Source: Alloascoidea hylecoeti (taxonomy: Eukaryota). Taken from it: DNA of 64,000 nt. The stretch is taken from assembly GCA_001600815.1 (NCBI GenBank), contig BCKZ01000005.1, positions 319,532-383,531 on the forward strand, in the 5' to 3' direction. Shown piece after piece: positions 10,608 through 24,500 of this stretch; the first letter of the stretch is position 1, and every line of letters begins with the position of its first letter. The position numbers and the translations under genes are program-made. The notes below the pieces were generated by a model. It had not been told where the DNA came from. It did no database searches and saw only the letters and a program-made list of their open reading frames with translations.

Positions 10608-13262
10608 TTATCTTCGTTTATCTATATGTAATTTAGACATTGCTTCATCTATAATTCCTGATCCAAAAAATCCTTTTCGACTTTTAAATTTATATGATGA
10701 TGAAAATGAAGAAGAATCATCTTTTATTTTATTTCCTTTATTTTCTCTTAATGTCTTTGGGAAAGTAAATGATTTAACAGGTGATCGTGATCGTGACCGG
10801 GATTTTGGATTATTTAGTATATCAATGCTTTCACGACCACCTCGTTGTTGTGAATCACGATCATAGTTAGAAAACGTCGGTATTATGGGTGATGAATAAC
10901 GTGAATTTCGACTTCTACCTGTTATAGGTACTTGACTCACAGTAGATGATGTGCTTCTGTTTCTTTCATGATCTATCCGAGGGTAAGTAACCGTACTTAC
11001 TGTAACATTTGAATTTGATGATGATCGTGATGTGGTAGTATCAGGGGAATTTATTACATTAACAAAAGTATCATGAATAGGAGAATAACGTCTACCCACA
11101 GGATAAATATTTGATGAAGTTAATGTCAATGGAATTGGGGTTGGGGTTGGTAGTTGTTTCTTAATAGGATATTCAGTTGCTGGTGTTATAGGTGGTCGAG
11201 GAAATACATTTCCCTTTTGATAATCGAGATTGATATTCGAACCTTGATAAGTATTGCCTCGAGTCGAGGGGGTTTGAGATTCTACAGTTGGTGGTGTTCT
11301 GTTCTTTGATAAAGTAGTAGAGGTTGAAAAATTGGAATCTGACGTTAAAACAGAAGACATTGATGATATCGATGACGGTATATGTCCGTGATTATAACCA
11401 TTTTTATTGTTGCTGTTGTTGTTACCTTGGTTGGAATATGGAACGTTTGAATAACTATTATTTTGTTGTTTATATAAAGAAGAATCATGAGTATTATTTG
11501 TATCTACATTTGCAGCTGAATCAGAATTAGAATATGATCTTGTAGTTAATCTTTTTGGCATAGATATTCTAGATAATGGATTAGATTCTGAAGCATTTCC
11601 ATTTTGTGATTGATATTTATTAACATTTGAATCTGATTCTGATCTTGAGCTCCGAATATTTATCTGTGATATTGGAGTTACTGGAGTTGCAGGTGGCGAA
11701 GATATCCTCCTTTTATAAGTATTTTGATTTTGATTTTGGTTTTGATGTTGATGTTGAGGCTGAGTTTGAATTTGTTGTTGATGATCTATTGAAGTTTCCG
11801 ATTCATTGAAAGATACTGGACTTTCAGAACCAAAAGGTTCATCCTTTTCCAATATCGGACTACTAACATTAAACCCTTTATTTAAATTCACAGAAGATGA
11901 AGAAGATCTAATAGAATGAGATTGTACCGGAGAATGATTCAAATACACTGATGTATCCGAAGAGCTATTATAATTTAGTGCTCTTGATGGAGAACTAACA
12001 CCAGTACTATAACTCCTTTGCTTAGCTCCAATAGTTACAATAGCTGATTTTTTAGTGATTGCCTGAGGTGAAGAGGTCGGTGTAGATGATGGAGATGATG
12101 CCGACCGAGTTCTAGCTGTTTCACTTGTAAACGTTCCATTTCGTGTTGAACTATTACCAGTAGATTTATTGATACTTGTAAAACTTGGGAAATTAGGAAA
12201 ATTAGGAGTTGATGGAGTTTGTGACATGTTACTATTGTTATTGTTTGTAATTGAAGAAGGTTTTATTGGTGATATATTAACTGCGCTTAAACCATTAGTA
12301 CTATTATCAGAAGCAACAGGAAGATTAGTTGTTTCAAAAGAATGAACTGATATATTTGGTGATTCATTATTATTCCAATATTTGAAATCGGGTATACTAT
12401 CATTTCGCAATGAAGATTTTCGAGAATTACCTAAAGAAGATAAAAAAGTCCTTGAATTTTGTAAAGATTCTGAATAATCTTCTTTTAAAAAACTATAATC
12501 ACTGTCAATAGAAATATTTCTTTTACTTCTTCTTTCAAATCCATTTATATTAAATGTTGTTGTACTTGAAGTTGTTAATCGTTTTGCTTCATTTCTTTCT
12601 TTAATTAATGCTTTTATATATTGAACAACTTCATCAGTTTTAGCAACATCAATAGGTTTAAAATGTCTATTATTTAAAACATCAGTTTTTGCATCATTAT
12701 TGATTAACATTTTTAAACATTTCTTTTGTCCATACATGCTAGCTAAATGAAGTGGGGTATCACCATTATGATCCATTATATTTAGTTCCGCACCAACATG
12801 TATACATAGACTCATTGCTTCATCATTATTATTGATGACAGCTTCTATTAATGGAGTATGAAATTGATCATTTTGAAATTCTAAAGATTTCGAAGAATGC
12901 TGGATTAAGAAATGCATGGTTTGTTGATGGTTCTGTTGAGCAGCCAAATGAACAGGTGTATTTCGATGAAAATCAACCGATATTTCATTTTTATCATGAC
13001 CTAATGAAACCAAATATACCTAAAATATCAAGAAATATAATTAATATATCAGATACTTGGAGAATAAATGTTTTTAAACTATAACTCTTGAACTTACACA
13101 TATTAAATAATGTCCGTAATATCCAGCATAATGTAAAGAAGACCAACCATTTGAAGGATCTGTATTTCTTAAAAGTTCAGGAAATCGTCTTAATAATCTT
13201 TTAACTACTAATAAATTATCTTCTTTTATGGCTTTTCGGAGTCTCACCGATGGATCCAGCAT
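10608..13262 (-). CDS. AVO2: TORC2 subunit Avo2-like ankyrin repeat protein; exons 13262-13098 and 13019-10608, intron 13020-13097
   Basis: N-terminus PSVRLRKAIKEDNLLVVKRLLRR...NGWSSLHYA...ICVYLVSLGHD matches Avo2; GTAAGT...TTTTAG intron joins two track ORFs in frame; long S/N/T-rich tail. Confidence 0.9.
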
Positions 13263-13539
13263 TTTTTAAAATACACCGAGATTAAAAGACACAAAATGTT
13301 AAAAACAATATAAAACGTACAACATTACACCTAAACTACATTTTCCAAGTAATCTTAATAATATTTGATATATTTCTTTCTTGTGTATATAAAAATATAT
13401 ATGGGATAAATAAATTATGCAGTAACCATATTCCTGTTTTATTTGTGATGTTTTGTTACAAAGTTCGTATTGTAGATAAATCATTCCTTCTATTATCTTA
13501 ATTTTCAAGTTTTGTATGTATCGGTGACTACATTTATCA

Positions 13540-13882
13540 TTAATGAGCAGCGTGCTCCTCAGCATGTTCAGCATGTTCAGCATGTCCACCATGATCCCCA
13601 TGATCCCCATGGAGTTCCCATGGTTTTTTATAACCCTAAAATATATCAATTAGTCAATTATTCAAAAACAGTTAATTGAAACAATAGAAAAGAAAATATA
13701 CTTACAAACATCACAGGACCATCTTCTTTTATTCTGTAAAAGATCCAAAACCACATAGTTGCACCAAGTACTTTAGACATATATCTGTGAAAGGCAGGAA
13801 CATGGGGCATTGCAACATCAGCATGAGCAGTATACTTTGGGGCATGATGCCCTGCACTCATTAATAATCTGGTGAACCTCAT
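13540..13882 (-). CDS. Complex I accessory subunit NDUFB2/AGGG-like; exons 13882-13706 and 13635-13540, intron 13636-13705
   Basis: LGATMWFWIFYRIKEDGPVMF|GYKKPWE matches fungal AGGG subunits; GTAAGT/GACTAAT/TAG intron; His-rich tail HGDHGDHGGHAEHAEHAEEHAAH. Confidence 0.85.
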
Positions 13883-15275
13883 TGATTGTTAAATATTCGT
13901 GATGGTGGATGGTTGGTGTTGGAACAAAACCAATCACAGGGCTTACAAAATAACTGTGAACACCCTGCGTATATTTCAGCACAGTACAAGAAATCTACAG
14001 GCTGCTATTTCGCACTGTGGTGATACTAAATAATTGGTAATGAAAGAGTAGAATATTAATGGTATCTGGCTAGCTAGGTTAATTAGTAAATTTTCGCCAT
14101 ACTATAGGAACATTTTAGTCATCTTCGTATGCATATTTTCGGATTCCATGTTTTTAATAATTAGTTTTCAGGGTATTCAGTTATTCGATATATGTCTTAG
14201 TCGATTTCGCCATATGGATGGGATACATTTAGTCATCGTATGCAAATATGCGAAATAATCCCTTATAATTACTAGTATTTTACTACTGTCGAAATAATTA
14301 TGTAGCCAAGTTTTTAATAAAAAGAGGAGTAAATGTAGACATTGTAGAGGCCACGGGATTTGGTTCTTCACTGTTTATTTTTCTAACTACACAACTTTGA
14401 CTGTGGTATTTTGTATACTCGTCTTTATATTTACTTTCTATTTTCTAGTGAATAATTACTATTAAGACATTTGCTTTATCTTTATCGTATGACGAAATAA
14501 ATATAACGCAAAACATAACTTTGATAGGCCATTTTTAGCACCCACATGGTCCATTTATAGCTAGTTTTTCTATCCTAGACGGCATAAAACAATAATATTA
14601 CAAATGGAAATGACTCCGAAAACCATGGAAATTTGGAAAACTAGTTATAAAGTATTTCACATGTCGATTTGATTGCAATTGCATATATTCACATGGAATT
14701 TGAACTAATTATCATGATCATGAATAAAAATACATGTAAATGTAATCATAATTTAATAAGGTGATTTGGAACGAAATCGCAATTGCAACTGCAACGTTAG
14801 CTTATAAATATAAGCGTTAAATACATATATTTAATGGCCTCATAAATATCTTCAATATTATCCAAAAGTGCAGGGTTCAACGTAATAATAATATAATTAA
14901 CGTACTGCGATCTGATTTACTTCATCATCTGTCCCCCAACAATTTCAATAAAAAGTAAAAAGTGAAAAAATAAATGTATAAAAATGATGATTTCAATTAT
15001 AATTATATTTTGATATATGGAATTATGGATTTTATTTGAAATATTAATTAATATTAATTTACTTTGATTTCTCCTAATAATTAATTGTAATTATAATTAA
15101 TTGATATTGATAAATTGTTGTAAATTGTTGATGTAATAAAATGTAATATGATTCACGATCATAAAATGCATCGATATTATCATGATCATGGATAGCAGAT
15201 CAATATTAACTCAATGAGTCAAGCTCGAGATCAATATTTAACAAAAGAACCAATGACAGTTTAGTTTAGTTTAGT

Positions 15276-16103
15276 TTAGTTTTCTATATCAATTTCCCTC
15301 ATCATTTCATAAGTAGTTGGTTTAATTATCCTACCACCTCTAAGTTTTCGATCTTTTTGTGAATGATCACTTAATTTATAACCTTTCTTCTGATATAATT
15401 TTAATGCACCAATATTACTAGAAAAAACAGAAAGCATTGTGTATTTAAATTGAAATTGGGATTGAAATGGTTGTGTTATGGTTGATTGTTCTCGTTCTTG
15501 TTTTTGTTCAATGCTAGTTTTTTTGTTTAAATCATTAGAAAATTTATGAAATAGATCTAATAATGTACTTCCTAAATTTTGACCTTGAAAACCTTTTTTA
15601 ATATGAATTTCATAAAGATATAAAACTGGGATATTATTTTCTTCTGTTATCATTAAACTTAGAAATGCAATGATTTGAATTTTAATTTTACTTGTATCTT
15701 TACTATTAATAATATTATTATTAAATTGTGATAGCGGTGATGATTTTGATTTTGATTCTGATCCCGATTGTGGGGTCTTAGTTTTTTGATCTTGCGATTG
15801 ATTTTCATTATCATTTTTTAAAATAATATAAATTAATCCATTTTCTTTCATTTCAATTTTTTTTGATCTTTTCCAAAATTTCCCATCTCTTCTTTCATAT
15901 TTATCCCCTAATCCATTTTCAATTAATTCAAAACATTTGTTAAATAAATCATTTTTAAGATCATTTATTTTATAAATTTCAAATTGAATATTGTTATTAA
16001 ATCTTTTAATTATATTTAGATTAGTAATTGAATCAATTGTGAAGGTTAATTTTGCTTGTTCAATATAAAATGATAAATCATCATTCAAAATTAAAGAGGA
16101 CAT
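15276..16103 (-). CDS. NAT4: N-alpha-acetyltransferase 40 (NatD) family GNAT
   Basis: KKIEMKENGLIY, VLYLYEIHI..FQGQNLG and MLSVFSSNIGALKLYQKKGY motifs; neighbours AVO2 as in S. cerevisiae. Confidence 0.8.
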   Translation of the reverse strand: MSSLILNDDLSFYIEQAKLTFTIDSITNLNIIKRFNNNIQFEIYKINDLKNDLFNKCFELIENGLGDKYERRDGKFWKRSKKIEMKENGLIYIILKNDNENQSQDQKTKTPQSGSESKSKSSPLSQFNNNIINSKDTSKIKIQIIAFLSLMITEENNIPVLYLYEIHIKKGFQGQNLGSTLLDLFHKFSNDLNKKTSIEQKQEREQSTITQPFQSQFQFKYTMLSVFSSNIGALKLYQKKGYKLSDHSQKDRKLRGGRIIKPTTYEMMREIDIEN

Positions 16104-16967
16104 GTCACCATTTGTCTATAAAATTAAATTTTTATTTGTTTTTGTCTTGTGTATTAAGTTATGATTATAAAAATGTTAATAATGTGTGAAAAATATAAAG
16201 AATCAGATCCCGTGATTAAACATCAAAAAATATAACTGCGGAGATTAGCGGTAACTTTGTTTTAATTTTTCGAATAAATTAACGTTTAAAACATGATTAA
16301 ATTATACAAAAATCAATAATTATAAAGAATGCAGATGTAAAGAATCTTAATCATAAATTCATAATAAAAATCAATATTCATTGTTTTTGAAACAAAATTA
16401 AATATGATTCATGGCCAAGAAAACACAAATGCTCTAAGCCAAGTCAATATGCGCAAGTTAACATCAAAATCAAAATGTTATGAGTGTTATGGATAGCCAC
16501 AAAATCTAAACATTTACCATCTATAAGGTTATAAGCGGACTTATTATCACCTGAATAAGAAAGCCATATGGCAGTTATGCTTTTTAATGTTTCCATTTAC
16601 TCAAATTCTCGTAAATTTAAGAAGCTTTTTAGTTTACTTGTTTTTACATATTATACAAATGTTTGAAGTTGGAAGTTTGAAGTAACTTAAAATATATATA
16701 TTATGTTTTTAATATGCTTATGTCTCCATTTACTCATATCATCTTAAATGTGGTGGTTTTTATTTACTCGAATTTTCTTAAATTTAACATTTTTATTTGC
16801 TCGAATTATCTTAAAAATGTTGCAATTGTAGTTTTTTACTTTACTCACTTGATCATGACATTTTATACCATTGCAAATTAAATGTTCGAAGTTTAATAAG
16901 CTTAAATAAATTGAGTTCTATAATATTTCTAAATCAAATTAATATATAAAATAATACGTAATTATAA

Positions 16968-18155
16968 CTAATCAGCATTTTTATTTTCATGTTCATTTAA
17001 TGATTCAGAAAATTCTTCAGTTGGTGGTTCAGCCAAAGGAGTTAACCTAAATAAGTGTCTCTTTTCATCCAAATAATTATAATTTAAAACAACACTATGT
17101 AAAACTCTTCTATTATCCCAAACAACAACACTACCAGGTTGCCATTTAATTCTAACTTGTAAATCTAATGAATTTTCTAAAATTCCGTATAAGAAATTTA
17201 AAACATTTGTTGATTCTTCATCTTTAAAACCAACAATTTCTCTAGTAAATGTCCTATTAATATAAATTGATTTNTTNTTNGTAACTGGATGAGTTCTAAT
17301 TAATGGATGAATTGAATCTGNAANTTCATTTCTTAATGGTAAATTNTNTTTTTNAAANNNTTNAAAAANNTCACCTGAATGACGAACTTTTAANCCTTCN
17401 AANGTTTTTTTATAATTATCAGATAATCTATCATAAGCACCTTGAGNATCAGAAAATGCAGTATCACCACCATCAGTTGGACCTTGTAAATGAATTAAAA
17501 AAGTTGTACCAGCAGGTTGTGGTTCAAAACTAATATCTGAATGCCAACCATTTGTACTTAATTTTGNATTATTAACTAATGATTTTNTAAAACCNTTTAN
17601 ANCATNAANAACNNTTATNTCAGGATGATNTTTTGGTNATCCANCTGCTGGATGAATATGACCAGGACCAAAATAATTTCCAAATTTAATTGCTTCATCA
17701 ATTGATAAATCTTTAAAATCTTGATTTCTAAAAACTGCAACTCCACGTTGCGCAATAAATAATGCTAATTCATTTTTACCATCATCTGATAATTTTGACA
17801 ATTGAATACCTGTAATTTCACTACCAAAATTATGACTTAATTTTTCATGTTTAAAATTTGCAGTTTCAGGAAATAAATTTGGAAATGATGGATTTGCTTT
17901 TAATCCTTTATCAACATGATTAAAACGTGGATTTTCTAAAGTTTGACCAATTTTCCATTCTGGTAAATATTGAGGATATTTATAAACTAACTCATCTTGT
18001 TTTGTTAAACCAATTGTTTCATTATCATCTTTTAAAATTAAACCATTTGGAAATGGACCTTTATTAATTGAAAGTTCTGATAAATCTAAATTTAAATCAA
18101 CTGCATTTGAATTTGAATTTGAATTTGAATTTGAATTTGAATTTGAAGATGGCAT
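16968..18155 (-). CDS. JLP1: TauD/TfdA-family 2-oxoglutarate-dependent sulfonate dioxygenase (Jlp1-like)
   Basis: ELALFIAQRGVAVFRNQDF, WHSDISFEPQP, GGDTAF, HPLIRTHPV, WDNRRVLH; contains ambiguous N bases. Confidence 0.88.
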   Translation of the reverse strand: MPSSNSNSNSNSNSNSNAVDLNLDLSELSINKGPFPNGLILKDDNETIGLTKQDELVYKYPQYLPEWKIGQTLENPRFNHVDKGLKANPSFPNLFPETANFKHEKLSHNFGSEITGIQLSKLSDDGKNELALFIAQRGVAVFRNQDFKDLSIDEAIKFGNYFGPGHIHPAXGXPKXHPXIXVXXXXXGFXKSLVNNXKLSTNGWHSDISFEPQPAGTTFLIHLQGPTDGGDTAFSDXQGAYDRLSDNYKKXXEXLKVRHSGXXFXXFXKXNLPLRNEXXDSIHPLIRTHPVXXXKSIYINRTFTREIVGFKDEESTNVLNFLYGILENSLDLQVRIKWQPGSVVVWDNRRVLHSVVLNYNYLDEKRHLFRLTPLAEPPTEEFSESLNEHENKNAD

Positions 18156-19132
18156 TTTTATTTAAAATTTAAATAGATCAGTCTTGTTCAATTATAGTCA
18201 AGATTATAATGATAATTAAAAAATTGATATAAATCTCCCAGAATTCCTGATCTTTTATAATTTTAGAAGTATCAATGAATTATAACGATGGCATTATTAA
18301 TCATCACAATGATGAAAATGATGCAATATTGGGTGATCATAGTGATAAGTAGTTATCACCAAATAAACTTAAGGTTTAAAGAAAATATACGAAAACATAT
18401 GTCTAATAATAGGTTTCAAAGAGATATCACTGATAGGTGAGTAGTTAACGTTGTATAAATTGGTCCATTTGTATGTGATTTGTATGCCATTATAACACCC
18501 ATTATAACACCGATTATATACCATTTGTTTAGTCTTCGTACAGTCCAATTATTATGGTCGTATTGGGTCATTTATTGTGTCTATGATTAGTATTGATTAT
18601 AAGTTAATAGAATAAGGGGGAAATATTATAATTATGGGGAAGATGAGGAAATGTAAATGTCTGTTTCCAGAAAGACATAGCCTAATTGAGCATTGAACCA
18701 GTAATTTGTTTAAGTACAAGTATATTACATAATACCAGTCCATGATATTATTAATATGCAGCAGGCATGCAATTGGCAGCTGGTTTTACTGCATTAGGAA
18801 CTGTATCCATCATTATTATAATATTCTTGTATGCAATGATCATTCCCAGTTACACAGAGTCTAGAACTTTATTCGCATGCATGTGGATGTGCTGCTTATG
18901 CATGACACATGGTATAAGGTATCTGTGCATATGCAGCAGCGTGCCTTTTGATGTTTTTGATACTTTTAAAGTACTTTCAAGTATAAAAGAAGAGCGAAGT
19001 CTGCCAAAACACTCACAATTTGGATAAATATATGAAGGTATTCAGGTCAATATAGCCAAAGATATTCTACATTTAACGTGATTTGTGTTCTCCCACACAT
19101 TGATTAAATCCTATTAATTACTACCAATAAAT

Positions 19133-20875
19133 ATGAATATGAAACACTTAGATTGGGACATTTTGGACTCTTTTAATGGTCAAAATCAGCAAAACCATCA
19201 ACATCACCAAGATCTAAATCAAATGGATCAAATGGACCATTTCGATCTCAATGTAAACCCAAAACATTTCCAAAATGACTCCTTTTCTATCAATCGTAGG
19301 AGTTTTAATGTTCCATTTGATGACTATGATTTTGATGAATCATTTGATTCTTGTTATAACTTTAATCCCTTGCCAATAAACTCAAATTCTACAACTTCTG
19401 AACAAAATGATTTAAGTCCAAATATGAATAACACTCAACAAAACTGTTTTCCTTCTTATTTAGATTCAAATACAAGTTTATCTACTTTATTTATGCCTCC
19501 TGAATCATCAATCAACCAAAACTTCTCTTTTCCTCAACAACCACCGGTTCAACAACAACAGTTCTATAATAACAATCAAACTCAATTTCTAATGAATTAT
19601 GATATTTATAGTGATCAAGATTTGGATGATGATTTGTTATCAACCTGTTCTTCTTCTTTATTCTTAGGTTCAACAACTACTGATTCAACTTCAAATTCTT
19701 CTGAAAATGATTTTATTCATCATAATCCAAGTCAACATGGAAGAAGTTATTCATCTGTTTTACCTTTAAATAATAATCATGTTTTACCGACTAGGAAAAT
19801 GAGTGCTACTGATTGGGTCGGTGTTTCGTCATATTGTTTCCCTCAGACTCAACAACAGTCACATTCACATTCTGAAGTAAAATTTAATATTGATGATAAC
19901 TATGGAAATTCAAATTTAAACATGAACATGGAAATGAATATGTCAAGAACTTTATCTGAAGGAGGTGATTTTGGTATTAATAATCTTTCGTTATATCGTC
20001 CTCAAACATCAACTGACAATATAAATTATGATGTTGATGTTAATGATAATGATAATATTGATCAAAAAACTTTAAGAGAAGTTGAAAATGTTAAAAATTC
20101 TATTAATAGTAATAACATTAATACTAATGAAAATATTACTGAAAAAAATGATTCAATTGTTGATTTTCTTGAAAATGAATCAAATTCAAGATTACATAAC
20201 AAACAAATGAAAATGAAAATGTCATTAAAAAGAAAACTTCGAGTTAAAAATAAAAAGATTAAAAAAATTGTTGTTGTACCTCCAAATCCATCATCATCAT
20301 CATTATCTCCGATATCTCCAAACTCACCAAAATCTTCATCATTATCACTATCACCAAAATCATCATCGTCATCATCATCATTATCACCAAATTTGAATTC
20401 AAGTACAAGTTTAAATTATAATTCCAATTTAAATTTAAAGTCAGAAATTGAAAAAATGGATACTGGTATAATTCCACTTGAAACAATTCGTGGTAAAAAT
20501 TCAAAAAAACAAAGATCAAATTTTAGAAAAAAAAATATTTGTCCATATTGTTCAAAAGAATTTAGTAGACCGTCATCATTACAAACTCATACTTACACAC
20601 ATACTGGTGAAAAGCCTTTCATTTGTGATTTTGATTCATGTGGGAAAAAATTTAGTGTTCGTTCAAATTTAGTAAGACATATGAAATTGCATGACAATGA
20701 AATTAATACTTTACATTCAAATGATTTAAATCTTCACAATACTAATAGAAGTGGACACTCTATTTCTATTAGTCATTCAAATACTCATTCTCATTCAAGG
20801 AATAGGTCAATTAATTCAAGATCTAAAGTTAGTGATGATGAATATATTCCTGATGATGATAATGATTCTCTATAG
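19133..20875 (+). CDS. C2H2 zinc-finger transcription factor, FlbC-like
   Basis: [54 protein letters not shown]-rich N-terminus. Confidence 0.85.
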   Translation: MNMKHLDWDILDSFNGQNQQNHQHHQDLNQMDQMDHFDLNVNPKHFQNDSFSINRRSFNVPFDDYDFDESFDSCYNFNPLPINSNSTTSEQNDLSPNMNNTQQNCFPSYLDSNTSLSTLFMPPESSINQNFSFPQQPPVQQQQFYNNNQTQFLMNYDIYSDQDLDDDLLSTCSSSLFLGSTTTDSTSNSSENDFIHHNPSQHGRSYSSVLPLNNNHVLPTRKMSATDWVGVSSYCFPQTQQQSHSHSEVKFNIDDNYGNSNLNMNMEMNMSRTLSEGGDFGINNLSLYRPQTSTDNINYDVDVNDNDNIDQKTLREVENVKNSINSNNINTNENITEKNDSIVDFLENESNSRLHNKQMKMKMSLKRKLRVKNKKIKKIVVVPPNPSSSSLSPISPNSPKSSSLSLSPKSSSSSSSLSPNLNSSTSLNYNSNLNLKSEIEKMDTGIIPLETIRGKNSKKQRSNFRKKNICPYCSKEFSRPSSLQTHTYTHTGEKPFICDFDSCGKKFSVRSNLVRHMKLHDNEINTLHSNDLNLHNTNRSGHSISISHSNTHSHSRNRSINSRSKVSDDEYIPDDDNDSL

Positions 20876-21136
20876 CAATGTTTCATGAGCAAACGATTTC
20901 TCAAAAAAAATCATTACGTGTATTCATTTTTTATTATTTTTCATAATGTTTACATTTATAAACATTTTTTTTTATTTGTAATAAGATTTTTATCATCGTT
21001 TTTTATTTGAACTTTTTTCATAATTTTGATTTCATATCTTGATTTTATATTCTTATTTTATATATTTTTTAAAATTTGTCTTTTTACTCTCGTTATGACT
21101 CTTTATTTATAAATTATATATTTTTCTTTCTCAAGC

Positions 21137-21459
21137 TTTTTTTTTTTTTTTTTTTTTTTTTTTCATAAAAAAAAATAATTAAATGCATCAACATAACTTC
21201 AAAACAAGATTTAAAAAAGTCAATTAAGAAATTAAACAATTAACTAAATTAAAATTCGATGCCTTTCCTTGCCTTATGCTCAACATTTTCATTATTGATT
21301 GATTGATTGATTGATTGATTAATAGTTTAGTTTGCAATTGTTTTATATGTTGAAAAAAAAAATCGACATTTTCATCTTATCATTTCATTTTATTTATTTT
21401 TGCTTTGGGAATTTTCAATTTTCAGTTTATTTTATTTATTTTTATATATTATAGCACAG

Positions 21460-21500
<41 letters not shown>
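21137..21500. repeat. Cluster of simple repeats: poly(T), (GATT)n, (ATT)n
   Basis: T-run 21137-21163, GATT repeats around 21293-21320, ATT repeats around 21461-21500. Confidence 0.9.
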
Positions 21501-24500
21501 GAAGAATGAAAGATTTATTGATTTTGATTTTGATTGTTCATTTTTTTTTGGCAATTGGGGATCTAATGATATAGTTTTTAAAATTTTTCTTTTCACTTTT
21601 CTTTTTTAAAAGTTATTTATGCTTTCTCTTTTTATATTCGTTTTTTTCTTCTTTTCATATTTCCTATTTTGTTATAATATATTTATACATTATTTATTTC
21701 ATTTCATTTGATATTTTTCTTCCAATTGGATTTGGTTTGATTTAATTTAATTTAACTTGATTTCTTTAAAATTTCAATTGCTTTTAAATTTTCTTCATTT
21801 GAATTTTTTTCTTATTACAACTACGAATACTTGATTTTTTAACTCAACTATAACACAACTACTTTACAATAATTAAATTATTGGGATTTTATTGGATTAT
21901 GATTTATTTTTATTTATATATATCTTGAACTTATTTATAAAAATATATATAAGGCTTTAATTTTTTTTTTTAAATTTTTTTTTTTAAATTTCTATTAAAT
22001 ATTAATTTAATTTAATTTAATTTAATTCTCTTAATATTCTCGAGCTTTCTTGTAATCAATAATATTGCAATTGAAATTTGGATTCTGGATTTTAGATTTT
22101 AAGCTTGAATTCTAAACTTTTGTTATCTATGGAAATTTATGGAATGGATATAATTAAGTTTTTTTTTGATTGATTGATTAATAATAAATTAAGTTTCAAT
22201 TATTTTATGATTATAATTTATGTTACACTTTTAAACTTGACGTCATATGCATTGTAAATTATAACTTAAAACCCTAATAATTAACCTCTTAATATTCTTA
22301 ATATTCTTAATATTTGTATGATTATATATTATAACCCCAGATTCGATATGAACTGCGATGGATCCGATTAATAAATCTTAACATTTACATAAAAATTTAA
22401 AAAATTTAAAACCTCTCAATGTTATTGACATCGATATTAAAATTATATATCGTAGAAGTTTATTAATATCGTATGAATACGTACTACCACTCGTAGATAT
22501 AGATATGACTAACTGTTTATAATTTAAATATATCCTGATTTGATTTTTATGGGTAAATTGATTTGATTAAGTTCATATTTTTAATTAATTTCCCTATCCT
22601 ATAGATAGCGCTCTATATCTAACATACCCTTTCTTTAATTATTTAATTAAGGGGTGCGAAAGACTGCGAATACATCCAGAAAATTCTTAAGTTAAAATTA
22701 CGTGTCTGTTTAAAACAGTTGAATGTTATACATTATCTGATAAAAAACAGATAATGATCACAAAATCAAAAATCATGTCTTCAAAGTTCAAATACACAAT
22801 CAATATTCAGGATTTTTCTCGGTTCTGTTCAATCCAATTTGCAATTGTTGGTGTTTAACCTGCTTCAATGGCTAACATAAAGTGTGTTAAGTTTAAGCGC
22901 ATTATAACATTAATTTTGTATTAGAACAATTTGTACCGTATACTACATAAACACCACATATTAATTTATTTATTATTATCATGAAAAATAGTTGTAATTA
23001 CAATTATAATATAACACTCACTGTAAATTGCAAATTGGATTTATTTATTTATGCACTTCTTTTACAATTCATGATCATGAATCAATTTTTATTTAAATAA
23101 ACTAGAAATTGGTATATATAAACTGGTACAGCTTCTACATTCACCGATTTTATTTTACATGATAAACTACGTATACGCATATGAATGTACAAATATATAT
23201 ACTTTTTCAGATATAATTATAATACGCAGTATGTTTAAGGAAATTGAAAGATCCTAAACATACACATTTATACGCTTTTAAAACTTCCAAATTTAAATCT
23301 ATTAATACGTATTATAATTCCATATAAAATCACTGAATTCGAAAGCATGCCACAGATATAAAAAGGAACGAAAAAAAAACATCAATTGGAAATTTTAATT
23401 AAAATAACCAATTAGAAAACTGGCAATTTCTAATTTTTTTTTTCAATCAACTGAAAATTAAAAAAATACTCTTTCTTTTTCAAAATTTAAACTTTTTGAA
23501 TATTAATGAATAATAAACTTCTTAAATTTTAAAATTTGTACAGCGTTTCCAGATTAATTAAGTTAATCATAAGATATTTAATTGATAAATAAATTTTGAT
23601 ATAAAATGAAGACTTGAAGGGAAAGGACAGCATTATAACAATAAACATGAATTCAACACCAATTGTCCATATATCAATCAAATTTTTTTTTAATTATTAA
23701 AGTTTACATTCTAAAAGGGGAAAGAAAAAATAGTTTATATATGAAACATTTATATTAATATCAATGGCGATGATGCCTTTTTAAAGTCTATATGATCTAG
23801 ACTTTTTTACTCTTTTTAAATATATACATATAAAAAAAATAACTGTTAAAAAGAGTCAAGTTTAATAATGATCATGATGAGGATGACTTGCCATACCTAG
23901 AATATTAAGATTAATGACAGAAAGTTCCTATGGCCAACACCGTCTTAAAGTTACAGTTATATAATTTAAGATTTTAACCTTCGAGCCGGCTGATACTATA
24001 TTTTTATCTATATATAGGCTGATACATAATGAATCTCTATATCATTAGTGGCAAATATAGTATTTCAAACATTCTTTATTTTGAACCTGAAATTTGCTTG
24101 CTGTAAGGGACTCAATCGATGTCATTTATCATGACATTATGACCTTCATATGAAATTTCATGTTTAAAGCTAATTTTGTCCCTTCAGGGCCTTCACAAAG
24201 TTTGCGATGTTTTTTATATCCTGTTTTTAATTATTACCAATTTCAAGCTTAAGTTGATAATTAACGGTAACTAATATAATAAATGTAAAAGCTTGTAATT
24301 GCATTTATTATTATTAATTCATGGGTTTAATATAAGATTTCAGATCATTAATTGATTGGCAGGTAATCGCTTAAATTAAACCAACCCATACCATACAGTT
24401 TAATCTTACTCAATCCATTTAATATGTATTGATCTAAATACTTTTCGGTATATGCTAGGAATTACCTAGATGTAATTCTGTTGAGTATCAAATCTGCTAT

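Noticed and set aside
13299..13649. 116-aa ORF between AVO2 and the complex I subunit gene
   Set aside because: Alternative frame over exon 2 and the 3' UTR of the NDUFB2-like gene; non-ATG start
19133..20875. MOT3 orthologue suggested by proximity to AVO2 and NAT4
   Set aside because: The finger sequences (FSRPSSL, FSVRSNL) are FlbC-type and do not match Mot3
21400..21609. Poly-Ile ORF
   Set aside because: Produced by an (ATT)n microsatellite
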